From Marsupella aquatica (taxonomy: Eukaryota > Plantae > Marchantiophyta): a DNA stretch of 64,000 nt. Of the stretch, positions 50,552 through 62,432 are shown piece after piece. A program made the position numbers and the translations under genes. The first letter of the stretch is position 1, and each line of letters begins with the position of its first letter. Below the pieces are notes generated by a model, which had not been told where the DNA came from, ran no database searches, and saw nothing but the letters and a program-made list of their open reading frames with translations. The stretch spans positions 26,152,798 to 26,216,797 of the forward strand of contig OZ316893.1 in assembly GCA_973895155.1 (NCBI GenBank), read 5' to 3'.

Positions 50552-51414
50552 TAGTTAGTGGACCCCTTGGCTAATAAAATCAGGGGGAAGAGTCAATCTG
50601 AGTTGTCTCCATTTCTTATCTCCGAAAATCTCTTTTTCCATCATAATGACCAATCTATGGCTCAAAAGAAAGATCTCAAATAGATCTATGGATGGGTTCT
50701 GTCCGTTTTGCAAATGGGTTAATATTTTTCAAATGAAAAATTAAACAAATCCAAGCCTTCCTAACCATCAATTTTGTTGATTTTATGATCTTAGCCGTCG
50801 ATTTTGTTGATTTTATGATCTTTGCCGTCCATTTTGTAATGCCTCTAGAAATCTTATTCATCCATGTTAGAAGGCGATCTAGGGTGCAAAAGAAAGATCT
50901 CAATGAGATCTACGACTGGGTATTTTTTGTTTTGAGAATGAGTAAATAGTTTTGAATATAAAATTCGATGAACTTTCAAGATTCCAGCCATTCCTCCTCC
51001 CCGATCCTGGGTTTCTATGTGCTCTTCCCAGCATTAATGGCCGTACAATACGAGAGGTCCTTACCGGGAGTTGCGGTTTAACAAGGAAGTTATCAAGTTA
51101 GTTATTAGTTATTATTTATTATATGAAAAATACTTTTTATAAATCTTTGAATTTAAGTTTTAAAATTGGAAATGTAACTAAAACGGTTACATAGTGACAG
51201 TTTTAACCGTCTTGCTCTTTGCATTTTCAATATTTTTCTTTTTCTTTTTACAGCATGGTGTCCCAAAATTTACATCCAAATTGTCACAAACACGAATCAA
51301 AACTATAAATTTGATTCACAAAACCGACGAGTCTTGTTTGTTGCGATTGTTGTTGACGTGGCACGCTATGGTGCCAGGAATTTTGGAAGGGACCTCTAGT
51401 GGGGTCCGTAACTA
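50552..51414. mobile_element. Non-autonomous TIR element, copy B (~0.86 kb)
   Basis: Ends TAGTTAGTGGACCCC...GGGGTCCGTAACTA form imperfect TIRs. The right end is shared with 39972-40262. Confidence 0.55.
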
Positions 51415-53124
51415 CTGAATAAAACTCCTATTGATTGAGTATTAATCATTGTGGGCCTGGTGGAAATTGAAGGCTGGATGGAGTTCACGTTTGCCAAATG
51501 TTCAGGATGATACACTTTTGCAACCAGATTGACCAGAGAGAAATGCTCTTTTCTGCTCATATGTTATGAATACAAGAAATGATGGTCCCTCAATCCTCAA
51601 TGAAATTTGACAATATTGGGCTCATTGGAAAGATCTCTCCAAAATGCTTTTAATGACCACAAACACAGATTCCATTCTCGCTCACAAGGGAGCTATTGGA
51701 AATGCAAAAGTTAGCTGCTCAAAATACTTTGGAAGTGCTAAGTGTGTACAGTGAGTGATGTAGTACTCTTTAGAAATTGATAGCTTTCACGCCACTAAAT
51801 TGGCAGTAGTAGACTGGTTAGAAAGATCTTTGCAGGCCTAAGAACTGGGTTGGATGTTGAAGGTCTAAATTTGCTGTTCCACAATATTGTTTGAAAATAA
51901 AAATATCTTCCTAGCTATAGATTACTAACTAATTCTGTTACCAAGATCTAATATTAAAACATTGGTGTGTGTTACTTCCATTCTGAATTATTTTTCTTTA
52001 ATAAAAATATCTTCTGAAGTGTAGATTATTAGTAACCATGGGTACCAACCAACCATTCGTGGGATCAGACAAATTCGGTTGAGTAGAGTATATGTAATGG
52101 TATCCATACTTTTCCTTTGGATTTTGTGAAATAGTTTGTCGTCAAGGATGTGACATCTTATAGTGTTGTCACACTTTTCCTTGTATATATCAAATAATTA
52201 TTTGACCTAATCTTTGCCTAGGCTTATTTACCGAACTAGATGCCAGGATTGACTTTAGATTTGTGCTAGAAAATATGTGAGGGCATGAGACAAATTCAGC
52301 TGCCTTATTCAGGACATTGTTCACTAGATTGGACGGTCATCCTGAAACCGTGAAGATGTAACAGTGTAACTTATGGATGTATCACAAATGACTAACAATA
52401 ACGCACTTTAGTAGGATCACATTGACTCACAACCTTCATTTATATAGTCCAACACTAAAAACAACTTGATAAAGAGAGTTCACGGTAGGGATGATCGGGT
52501 TCACGGAAAAAATAAATCATGAAAATTTCAATCCTGGGAGAAAATTTTCGTAGTGCTTGTAAATTATAGAAAACCTTTATAATACATATTTTAGGAATAT
52601 TATATGTTTTTGATGTGATACACTGATATGTCAGTGTAGGCATTTCATACATTGAAAAAATGACATGTAGTGAATTTATGGGATGAATTGTTCAGATGGA
52701 CTAGCAGGTCCATGACAACTGCCATGGACTGCTGCAATAGTTGCAGGTTTTACATGTACTGAAATTACATTTTTAAGGCTCAGAAGTATGGATGAAAAAT
52801 GTTTGGTTGGTGTCATTATTTGGAGGTTCACAACTTAAGTGGACTTTGCTTGTATTGTTTTTGGTGTCGTGACTATTGTCAGCGGACGCTATAGGTAGTT
52901 CATTCAACCGCTACAAGTAGTCATTTTGGATGCTAAAAATATTTCAGCCTGCTGCTATGAGTAGTCTTGTCAGACGTTACAAGTATTTCAGTCGGCCACT
53001 ATGATTAGCCTTTGCCAGATTGGTCCACTTATTTGGAGGACTTTTGGATATACATTTGAGCTGAATCCTGCAAAGGTGTTCTTAAATATCCAATCTATTG
53101 CTTGACAAAGTTTGACACGTTTGT

Positions 53125-53186
53125 GAGGTCATTTGATCCATTGTTTATGAGCACGGAGGTCATTTGATCCATTGTTTATGAGCACA
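53125..53186. repeat. 31-bp tandem duplication
   Basis: GAGGTCATTTGATCCATTGTTTATGAGCAC occurs twice. Confidence 0.9.
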
Positions 53187-56143
53187 GATATGATCAAATA
53201 CTTGGAACCTGTGTTATTTGTAGTGATATAAATGTTGTTTGATATGGTGTAAAGTGAATGATGACTTTAATGAGTACATTTCAAACTGCCAAAACAAAAG
53301 GTGTCTAACAGTGGGACATAATCCCTCAGACAAAAGACCCAATCAAGGGGAGGCAACCAAAGAGCCAAAAACCTGAAGGACCGCACTAGAAGCCCAGCCC
53401 AACAACAGCTGGGACAAAAAAACTAAAACCCTACCTATTGGCAAATGAAGGGTTAGGTAGAGTTTTGGTGTGAACTGCATAGGAGTGTCACGCAAATGAA
53501 TCTGACTAGAGGCCCTAAAGCCAACTAGTTCACCCCTACAAGGAAAGTTGAAGGCCTGAGCCCTTTGAAATGTCACATACACCCACTCTCTAAAGAAGGT
53601 CATGATCACAAACACCAGGGGATAAGGCCTCCTCTCCACATAATCAACTGTGCAAGAACGCATGAAAAGATCAATGGTCCAGTGTAACTCCCCAAAGAGC
53701 TCCATGGCAAATGGGTAGAATAGCTCCCCGGAATAACACATAGCATAAGCTTACTCCTTAAGTAGAGTAGCTCTTGCAGCGGCATGACCCAATACGTGGG
53801 CAGCTATGGCAACATTGGTCCCACTAGTAGAGTCCGCAACAATCACATCCCCAAAGACCCAACCATCCCGCACAAAAAAAAACCATATTAGTGTGACCTT
53901 CATCAGAAACCCCATCCGAGGGAAACAACACATGTGGATAGGGCCAACTAATCCATTCCAGCTTCTTAGTGCAATTCGAAAGATAAAATGTCATCAAAAT
54001 TTATGACACTTCAATTGAAAACTAGTCCGCTAATAAAAACCCGATCGTCCGTACGACTCCTTAAAACTTTGTATGATCCAATCTTTTTCCCAAAATTAAC
54101 GTTCAATGGCCCTTCTTTTGGTCAAGTTGCAGACTCCAGGAATGGAAAGAAAGATGACCGGACGACACCGAAAGTCTAAAACTGACCAGACCGCACCATT
54201 CACTCAATGACATAATTATTACTGACTGACCAGACCGATTCGCCGCTGTGCCCTGCCGGAAATAGAAGCCCAGCCCGCGACGGGATTGCCACGCTGGGCA
54301 GCCGAGCGGGACGGGGCAGCGTGAAGCGAGAGGCTCCGGAGACCGTTTTGCGTACGGGGACAAAAGAAGTGGAGTAGGAATAACGTGCCGTACATTCGCG
54401 AGGGCCCACCAGGACCAGAGAGTACCGTATGGACGTATGGTACAGAATCTGGGCTACGGAGCTGACGTAGTGACGTAGTGACCAGTCCGGCGGGTACGGG
54501 GGGTAGAGTCACAGCCCTTGGCTGTGGACGGGCTAGGAGCGTGGTGGGCCGCAGGGCCTTGCCTGCCCATCTTTCCGAAATATTCCCAGCCCACTCACGC
54601 TTGGCCCTGGCCCCCTACGCCTGTCGCGGGCGCGACTCCCGCGAAACCATTCGGTGCCCGGCCCCGCACCCTGGCCTGGCCTGGCCTGGTACGGCAGATT
54701 CCGCATGCACATTCCCCCCTTTTCGTTTCCGTACGGGAGGCGGGCTGCCGACATTACGGTTAACGGAGTGACTGTAGCCCGGGTTAGAAGTGAAGTAATA
54801 ATAATAACCCTGTTCCACTGGGATAGCCTAGCGGGATAACTTTTACCTGTAAGAAATAGATGATGATTAGAATTAAATTCAGAACATGATTGTCGATATG
54901 AGATATCAACAAGGCGTCTCAAATACGTCCATTTGATAGCGTTTCAAATAAGTTCAATTTTCTGTTTTTGATTGAACGCGGGCTATGTGGTGGTTCGGGA
55001 TAACAATCATGACTGGTCGAGCATCAGTTGTGAAGATTTACCAATCATGCCTGGGACAATCTCAATTTCACAATAAACATAATAACATTCAGTATATTGT
55101 GAGGTCACTCATTTGTCTGTACACCAAAAGTTTACCCTGTTACGGTGCTCCTGACTTCCTCACTTCCTCACGGGCCTCCCGTAAGGTGCCAATTTTTTTG
55201 GTTTTTGAGATGCCCTAGTGAAGTAAAAAAGGATGGTTGACTCACTCGTGGTTTTCCTTATTTGTGGGTGAGTACGAGGGATATTTGACCATGGTCTTTA
55301 GAGAAATGGAGAAATGGTTTGCCCAGTTGCAAGCATATTGGGCCACTCTTTTGGCATGAAACATTTTTCTCCCAGGTCATAAAATTTCCCCTAATGTAGC
55401 AGGGCTGTGCTTTGATGGCCATCCATCTCCAAGGTTGCAGGGCTTTGTTTCAATGGAATCAAGCTACCAGAGTGTAGGGATTTGCTCTTGACTGTATATG
55501 TTTGAGTGGTTTGTGAAACCCCCTAACAATTGTGTGTGTGAGGAGGGGAGTTGTTCAGAGCACTGTAAGCATCTTGATGTAAACACTTGCTTTTCAGTGC
55601 AAGAGTTTTTTAAAGGGAAAATCAAAAATAGAAAAGAAATATTTGGGTTGTGTCCTTCTGTGGAATTAAAAATAATTTATGCTTTGAGGAAGTCCTGCAC
55701 AAACTGGCATGGCACTACAACATTATTAGTGGGAGCATCTCCACAGGCAGCCAACAACCATACAATGCAAGGGATTGAAATGGTCTCCAATTTCAGCCTT
55801 TCGCCACAGGCAGTAAGATTGTGAAACCAATGTATGTGGTTATGCAGGAATGGCCCATTGAAGTCTACCACCCACATGGACAGAGTGTTGAGCATAGACG
55901 ACGATCGCAACGGCAAGCCCATGAACCATCCAACGCACAATAGTCGACACAAGAGATACGTGGTTCACCTCCTTGAGGCTACGTCCACGGGAACACACAA
56001 GAGAGCTTTACTGAACTCTAAGCCCGTCGGCTATACCGAGTCTCCACAGTGTAAGCTCTCCCTATCTCTCAAGTGGCTCCATAACAATGAGCCTTGGTTA
56101 TACCTCTCCAAGCACACATGCCTCTTATGATATAGTGTGCAAC

Positions 56144-56304
56144 TTAGTTGTACCTAACCACATAGTTGTACCTAATCACGTAGTTGTACCTAACCACATA
56201 GTTGTACCTAATCACGTAGTTGTACCTAACCACGTAGTTGTACCAACCCACGTTGTTGTACCAACCCACGTTGTTGTACCAACCCACGTTGTTGTACCAA
56301 CCAC
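56144..56304. repeat. 18-bp tandem array in U3 of the copy 2 3' LTR, 9 units
   Basis: Units counted directly. Confidence 0.95.
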
Positions 56305-56533
56305 GTCATACCTAACCTAGACGTAAGAGTAAATACCCAACAATCTTCCCCTTGACTCTGGTCTAGGGGAGAGTAATACTGCTAATGTATATGATCCCTC
56401 AGCGGGAAGTTCTGGACAGAAACCAAACCGGTTTCCCTCTCTAACTAGAGAAAACCAGAACTAAGCCGTAGCCTAATACATAGGAATGAGGAAGAACATA
56501 TATCAGTAATTACAATGAATGTTTAAGAAAACT

Positions 56534-59500
56534 CTACTTGTGATGCAATTGCAAAACCTGCAATACATCACGGTGTCTAGAGAAACTCTCCAAAGGAATC
56601 ACTTTGGTAAATGCGTCAGCCGGGTTGAGTTTACCATTAATCTTGACTAGCTCAAACAAATTATCAGACACAGCCTGCCTGATAAAATGGTACCTGACGT
56701 CAATGTGCTTCACTCTGCTGTCCATCACCTGGTTCACAGCAAGGTGGAGCGCACTTTGACTATCACAATGGAGCTTCACATTCCCCTGTGGCAATCCCAT
56801 TTCAGTGATAAGTCTATCCAACCAAATCGCTTCCTTTGCTGCTTCCGCAGCTGCAACATACTCCGCTTCTGTAGTAGACTGAGCAATACACTTCTGCAAA
56901 GTAGACCTCCAACTTATGCATCCACCGCCAAGTGTGAACACGTATCCTGTTGTTGATCTCCTTCGGTCCAAATCTTGTCCATAGTCAGAATCTACATAGC
57001 CAATCAATGATCTAGCATTCTTTGCATTCGCATCAAATAAAAGACCATGATCCACGGTACCCTTCAAGTACCTGATAATCCACTTCACTGCTTCCCAGTG
57101 TACCTTCCCTGGATTCGACATGTACCTGCTCACCTTGCCCATAGCCATGGCAAGATCAGGTCTAGTGCAAGTCATCAAATACATGAGACTCCCCATTGCC
57201 TTGTCATATGGAACCTTTGACATCAACCCCTTCTCTGTGTCATCCGTAGGACAGAACGCTGATGATAACTTGAAGTGTGGAGCCAACAGGGTACTTACTG
57301 GCTTGCTATTCTCCATGTTGAACCTTGCAATTACCTTCCTCGCATAACTGCTCTGCGTCAACCATAGCTTGCCAGCCTCCAAGTCCCTAGTGATCTCCAT
57401 ACCCAAAATCCTCTTAGCTGGCCCTAAGTCCTTCATCTTAAACTCTGCACTAAGCAGTGCCTTGAGCTTAACAATCTCAGACCTATCCTTGGCTGCAATT
57501 AGCATGTCATCCACATAAAGTACTAAAACAATGAACCCAAAGACAACATTCTTTACCGGTTTCAAATACACACAAGGGTCAAATACACTTCTGTGAAAAC
57601 CTTGTGACCGAATCCAATCGTCAAACCGCTTGTTCCACTGTCTTGGTGACTGCTTCAACCCATACAAGGATTTCAGCAATCTGCAAACCAATTCCTCCTG
57701 TCCTCTCTTCACAAAACCTAGCGGTTGTCTCATGAAGATCACCTCTTCCAATGTGCCATAGAGGAAAGCTGTGACAACATCCATCTGATCTAGGAGCAGA
57801 CCAAACATTACAACAAGTACACACAATAGTCGTATTGTAGAGTACTTAGCAACTGGTGAGAAGACCTCATTGTAATCCACACCTTTATCTTGTGTGAATC
57901 CCTTTGCTACCAATGTAGCCTTGTAGACCTTCGATCCACCTCCTATGGAATTATCCTTCAGCTTATAAATCCACTTGCTGTCCACCACTTGCTGACCCTT
58001 AGGCAGCTTAACAAGCTCCCAAGTTTTGTTGTCCTTTAGTGACTGCATCTCCGTTTGCATTGCTGCAGTCCACTTCTACTTCTCTTTTGAAGCACTTGCC
58101 TCATGAAATGAAGAAGGTTCTCCTTCTTCCAAAATTAACGCATCACCCTCATCATCAGCTGTAAAATCATCCTCTTGCAGTTGAGATGAATCAACCCACT
58201 GTCCATACCTTGATGGAGCGCGTACAGTGCGACCAGATGTTCTTCTAGCCGATGACTCCGGTTGATCTGCGTGTGCTGGTACAATTTGAAGCTCAACAGC
58301 ATCCACTTGTTGCTCACCAGCATCAACAAACTCCTCTGGTTCCTCTGGCACAGGAACCAGCTCCATAATTGGAGCAACTCCTTCTCTCCGGTCATGCACC
58401 TCATAACCAATCTCCCCCTCAACGAGATCCGGGATAGGAGATTTTCCTTTGTCAGTACGGGAGACCTGAGTATTCTCCCCCTCCTTCAATAATCTGGATT
58501 CATTGAAGGAAACATCCCTACTGACAACGAGCTTACAGGCAATAGGATCCCATAGCCTATAGGCTTTCACACCACTCTGGTACCCAAGAAAAACACATTT
58601 CCTGGAGGTAGGATCCAACTTGGTCCTATTCTGCTTTGGTGTGAGAGCATATGCATCACTTCCAAAAATTACCAAGCCATGATAGTCTGCTTGCCGCTTA
58701 TAGCGCATCTCAAACGGCGTTTTGAAATTGATAGCACTAGAAGGAGAAAGATTTACCAAATAAGCTGCGGTATTGACAGCTTCTGCCCAAAATTCTTGTG
58801 GTAAACCTGATTGGCTCAACATACTCCGTGACCGCTCCAACAGTGTCCGATTGAGCCTCTCAGCGACACCATTCTGCTGCGGAGTATAAACTGTGGTGAG
58901 ATGGCGAGTTATCCCCTGTTCTGAACAGTACTCTTCAAATTCCATTGAAGTGTACTCCCCGCCGTTGTCTGACCTCAGACTCTTCACCCTTGTATCCAAA
59001 TACTTGATCGTGTTTCCAGTCTGATTCTCCACCTGGGCCTTCCACTTCTTAAAAATGGACAAGACATCAGACTTATGCGTCATGAAATAAATCCACACAA
59101 ATCTTGAGTAATCATCAATAAATGATACATAGTACAACTTTCCAGAGTGTGAGGGAGTCGGGGATGGACCCCACACGTCACTATGTATGTACTCAAGAAC
59201 TGCTTTGGAACGATGAGTTCCAACACCAAAAGCACGACAATGCTGCTTTCCAAGAATGCAATGCTCACAAAACTCTAATTTACAAGATTGCAAATCAGAA
59301 ATGAGTCCATTCTTCCGTAAGATAGCCAAACCCTTCTGACTCATGTGGCCTAGCCGTGAATGCCACAGTTGAGTCATCTCCTCGTGAGACTTGGTTACAT
59401 TGGCCTCTCCACATACAGTATTGCCCTGTAACACATACAAATTTTTTTGTCTACTCCCCTTCAAAATCACTGTCTCTCCCGACCTGACTTGAAGTTCACC

Positions 59501-60841
59501 ATCAATAACGCTCCATTGATGACCATTTGAATCCAACACACCGAGTGAAATCAGATTCTTACGCATGCCAGGTACATACCTGACTCCGGACACTGTGCGC
59601 ACAGTGCCATCAAACATTTGAATCTTCACAGACCCAATTCCCTCAATTTGACAGGAGTGATCATTTCCCATCAGAACTGAACCGTTTGAAACAGAGTAAG
59701 AACTGAAAAACTCACGAATGTAACAAATATGAAAAGAGCAAGCACAATCAAGAATCCACACATCATCTGCTCTCCTAGATGACGTGCACAGGGCATACCC
59801 CCGGCTTCATAAAACATACTCATCATTGAGTAAATCAGCTTCTCCATCAGCCCTAGCCACATTTGCCGATGAAGTTTCCGCTGCCTTTCCCTTATAGTCT
59901 CGCTTGAAGTGTCCAACTTGGTTGCACTTCCAACATGTCACCTGCCTCCTCTGAGGGGATTTACCTTTGGACTTAGATCTGGATTTAGATCTAAATTGGG
60001 TTCTACGGTCCCCAGTTGGTCGCTGCATACTCCTCCCACGGTTAACATTGAGGGCAACACCAGATGATGAAGGCTGTGACGTGATGTGCATCTTCTGCTG
60101 AAGATCATCACTAAGCAGAGAACTTACCACGTCATTGTATGAAATGGTATCCCTATCACGATGCAACAACACTCGTGATAGGGACTGGTAAGATGGAGGC
60201 AATGAACTAAGAAGCTGCAGAGCCTTCGTCTCATCATTCAAAGTCTCCCCAAGGTTTTCCAAGTCAACGACCATGTCGTTGAAAGCATCCACATGGTCTT
60301 GCAACTTCGTACCAGATTCCTTCATCCTGAAACTCATCAGTTTGTAGGAAGTGTAGAGCCGGTTCGACAACTCCTTGCGGTGATACTTGCTCTGCAATTC
60401 CGCAAACAAGGACATGCAATCCTTATGTGCACCTAACTGCTTGATGATGGGAGGCATGAGATAGAGTGTAACACACCACACTCCCTGCTCCTGCATGCGG
60501 TCCCATTGTTTCTCATCAACATCGTCTTCACGAGGGCTCAGCAGTTGGCCCATCCCTGACGCATAAAGCACTCCCTTCACCTGCTTCTCCCATAGCAAGT
60601 AGTCAGAGCGCCCATCATACTTTGTCACTTCATACTTGGGTCCCCCAAGCTTGAAAGTCCCCATCTTCTTCTTTACCGTGAGCTCCGGTAGTAGTACTGC
60701 TTCCTCCACCACACGCCGCACCGGTGATGGTATCGGTGTCACGTGCTCTTCCTCCTGCTCCTCTCTCTGCCCCTGAAACCTCCGCGGTGATCCTCGTGCT
60801 TCAAGTTCCACGTCTTCGAAAAACTCCTCCGAATCACTCAT
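56534..60841 (-). pseudogene. Copia gag-pol of copy 2: gag 60841-59807 ends at the shared TGA, pol continues in the same frame with a copy-specific TAG at 58076, and the last zinc-knuckle Cys is mutated to Tyr
   Basis: ORFs of 344, 561 and 508 aa lie in one frame. CWKCNQVGHFKRDY here versus ...RDC in copy 1. Confidence 0.93.
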
Positions 60842-62253
60842 ATGAGAAAGTCACAAAAAATGTTGTTTTTCATAACTTCTCAAAAAACTCGAAACTCAAC
60901 ACCGCCGCGTAGCCCACAAAGCTAGGAGTCCAATACTGAAAACCAAAATCAAAATCGAAATTTGACGGAAAAGTTATTCAAATTTCGATCGAGGTGGGTA
61001 AAACCTTGGAAAACTCCCCCGTTTTGACCACCTCAGGGAATAACCGAAATACCAAGTACAACCCGTTGTCGGAATTGCGATGTGATTGGTGCGCTGCATT
61101 GCCAACTTCAATGGCTATGATCTCGCCGAAAAATAACCAAAAAAGTTACCGTTCGGCGGATGAAATCTTTGTCGGACGGTCCAAAAATAGCTCTCTGGTT
61201 TGTTAGAATATTCTATGACCCTTGTACAGGCCCTGTGGGAATTTTGGAAGAACAATCGAGGGGCTGACATGTGTCCTCGAACCCCCAAAACCCCCTACCA
61301 CCCTTCGTCGTCGAAATCTGGTCGCGCGCGCAGAAAATACACACGGCAGAATGTACCCCTCGACACCAAACGCAAGATATCTCACTCGGGTTTTGACGAA
61401 ATCAAGATCCGATTTCAGATTTGGAAACTAGACTCCGAGGCGATGAAGATCGATATAAGAAGCACCCAAAACGAGGAAAGAACGAGGGAGAAAAAAATTG
61501 GTAAAGATGACAGATTTCTCTCAATTGCCATAGCCAATTTCGAATCAGTTTTTCAAAGAGAAATAAATGGTACCTTGTCAACAACGAATGTTGATCAATT
61601 GCACTTGGTGCCGTCACCAAGTCCAACAAGGTAATTGATTTTGCTTAGCCTTCCTCTTTGCATCAAAGAGCCAATCCCGGACTCAAAAACAATCGTCTTG
61701 CCTCAATCTCTCCGTTGAGTCAAAACACTTGACGCTTCTCCCTCCGAGTCGATTGCCAACTTTCTTCACAAAATCCAGAACGACGAAAACTTAGATCTCT
61801 CTGCACCACGAGCTCCGTTCAACGATTTCTTCACACCGTTAGAAAGCTCTTGCCCTGATCTATCCGTTGAGCCCATAAACTCCAAGTTCCATGCGATGGA
61901 ACTCTGGAAAATCCACCAACACTCAACGCTGGAAAAACCGTCATGAAATCCCGTCACGAACATACGTCACCTCCCAAGCATGCTCTGATACCAATTGTTG
62001 AGCATAGACGACGATCGCAACGGCAAGCCCATGAACCATCCAACGCATAATAGTCGACACAAGAGATACGTGGTTCACCTCCTTGAGGCTACGTCCACGG
62101 GAACACACAAGAGAGCTTTACTGAACTCTAAGCCCGTCGGCTATACCGAGTCTCCACAGTGTAAGCTCTCCCTATCTCTCAAGTGGCTCCATAACAATGA
62201 GCCTTGGTTATACCTCTCCAAGCACACATGCCTCTTATGATATAGTGTGCAAC

Positions 62254-62432
62254 TTAGTTGTACCTAACCACATAGTTGTACCTAATCACGTAGTTGTACC
62301 TAACCACATAGTTGTACCTAATCACGTAGTTGTACCTAACCACATAGTTGTACCTAATCACATAGTTGTACCTAACCACGTAGTTGTACCAACCCACGTT
62401 GTTGTACCAACCCACGTTGTTGTACCAACCAC
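62254..62432. repeat. 18-bp tandem array in U3 of the copy 2 5' LTR, 10 units
   Basis: Units counted directly. Confidence 0.95.

Noticed and set aside
59807-59809. UGA as a selenocysteine codon
   Set aside because: Land plants lack the Sec machinery, the position is a linker rather than a catalytic site, and no SECIS is evident.
61200-61634. 144-aa antisense ORF in the Copia leader as an extra (env-like) gene
   Set aside because: It has a non-ATG start and no TM or recognisable domain, and it is truncated in copy 1.
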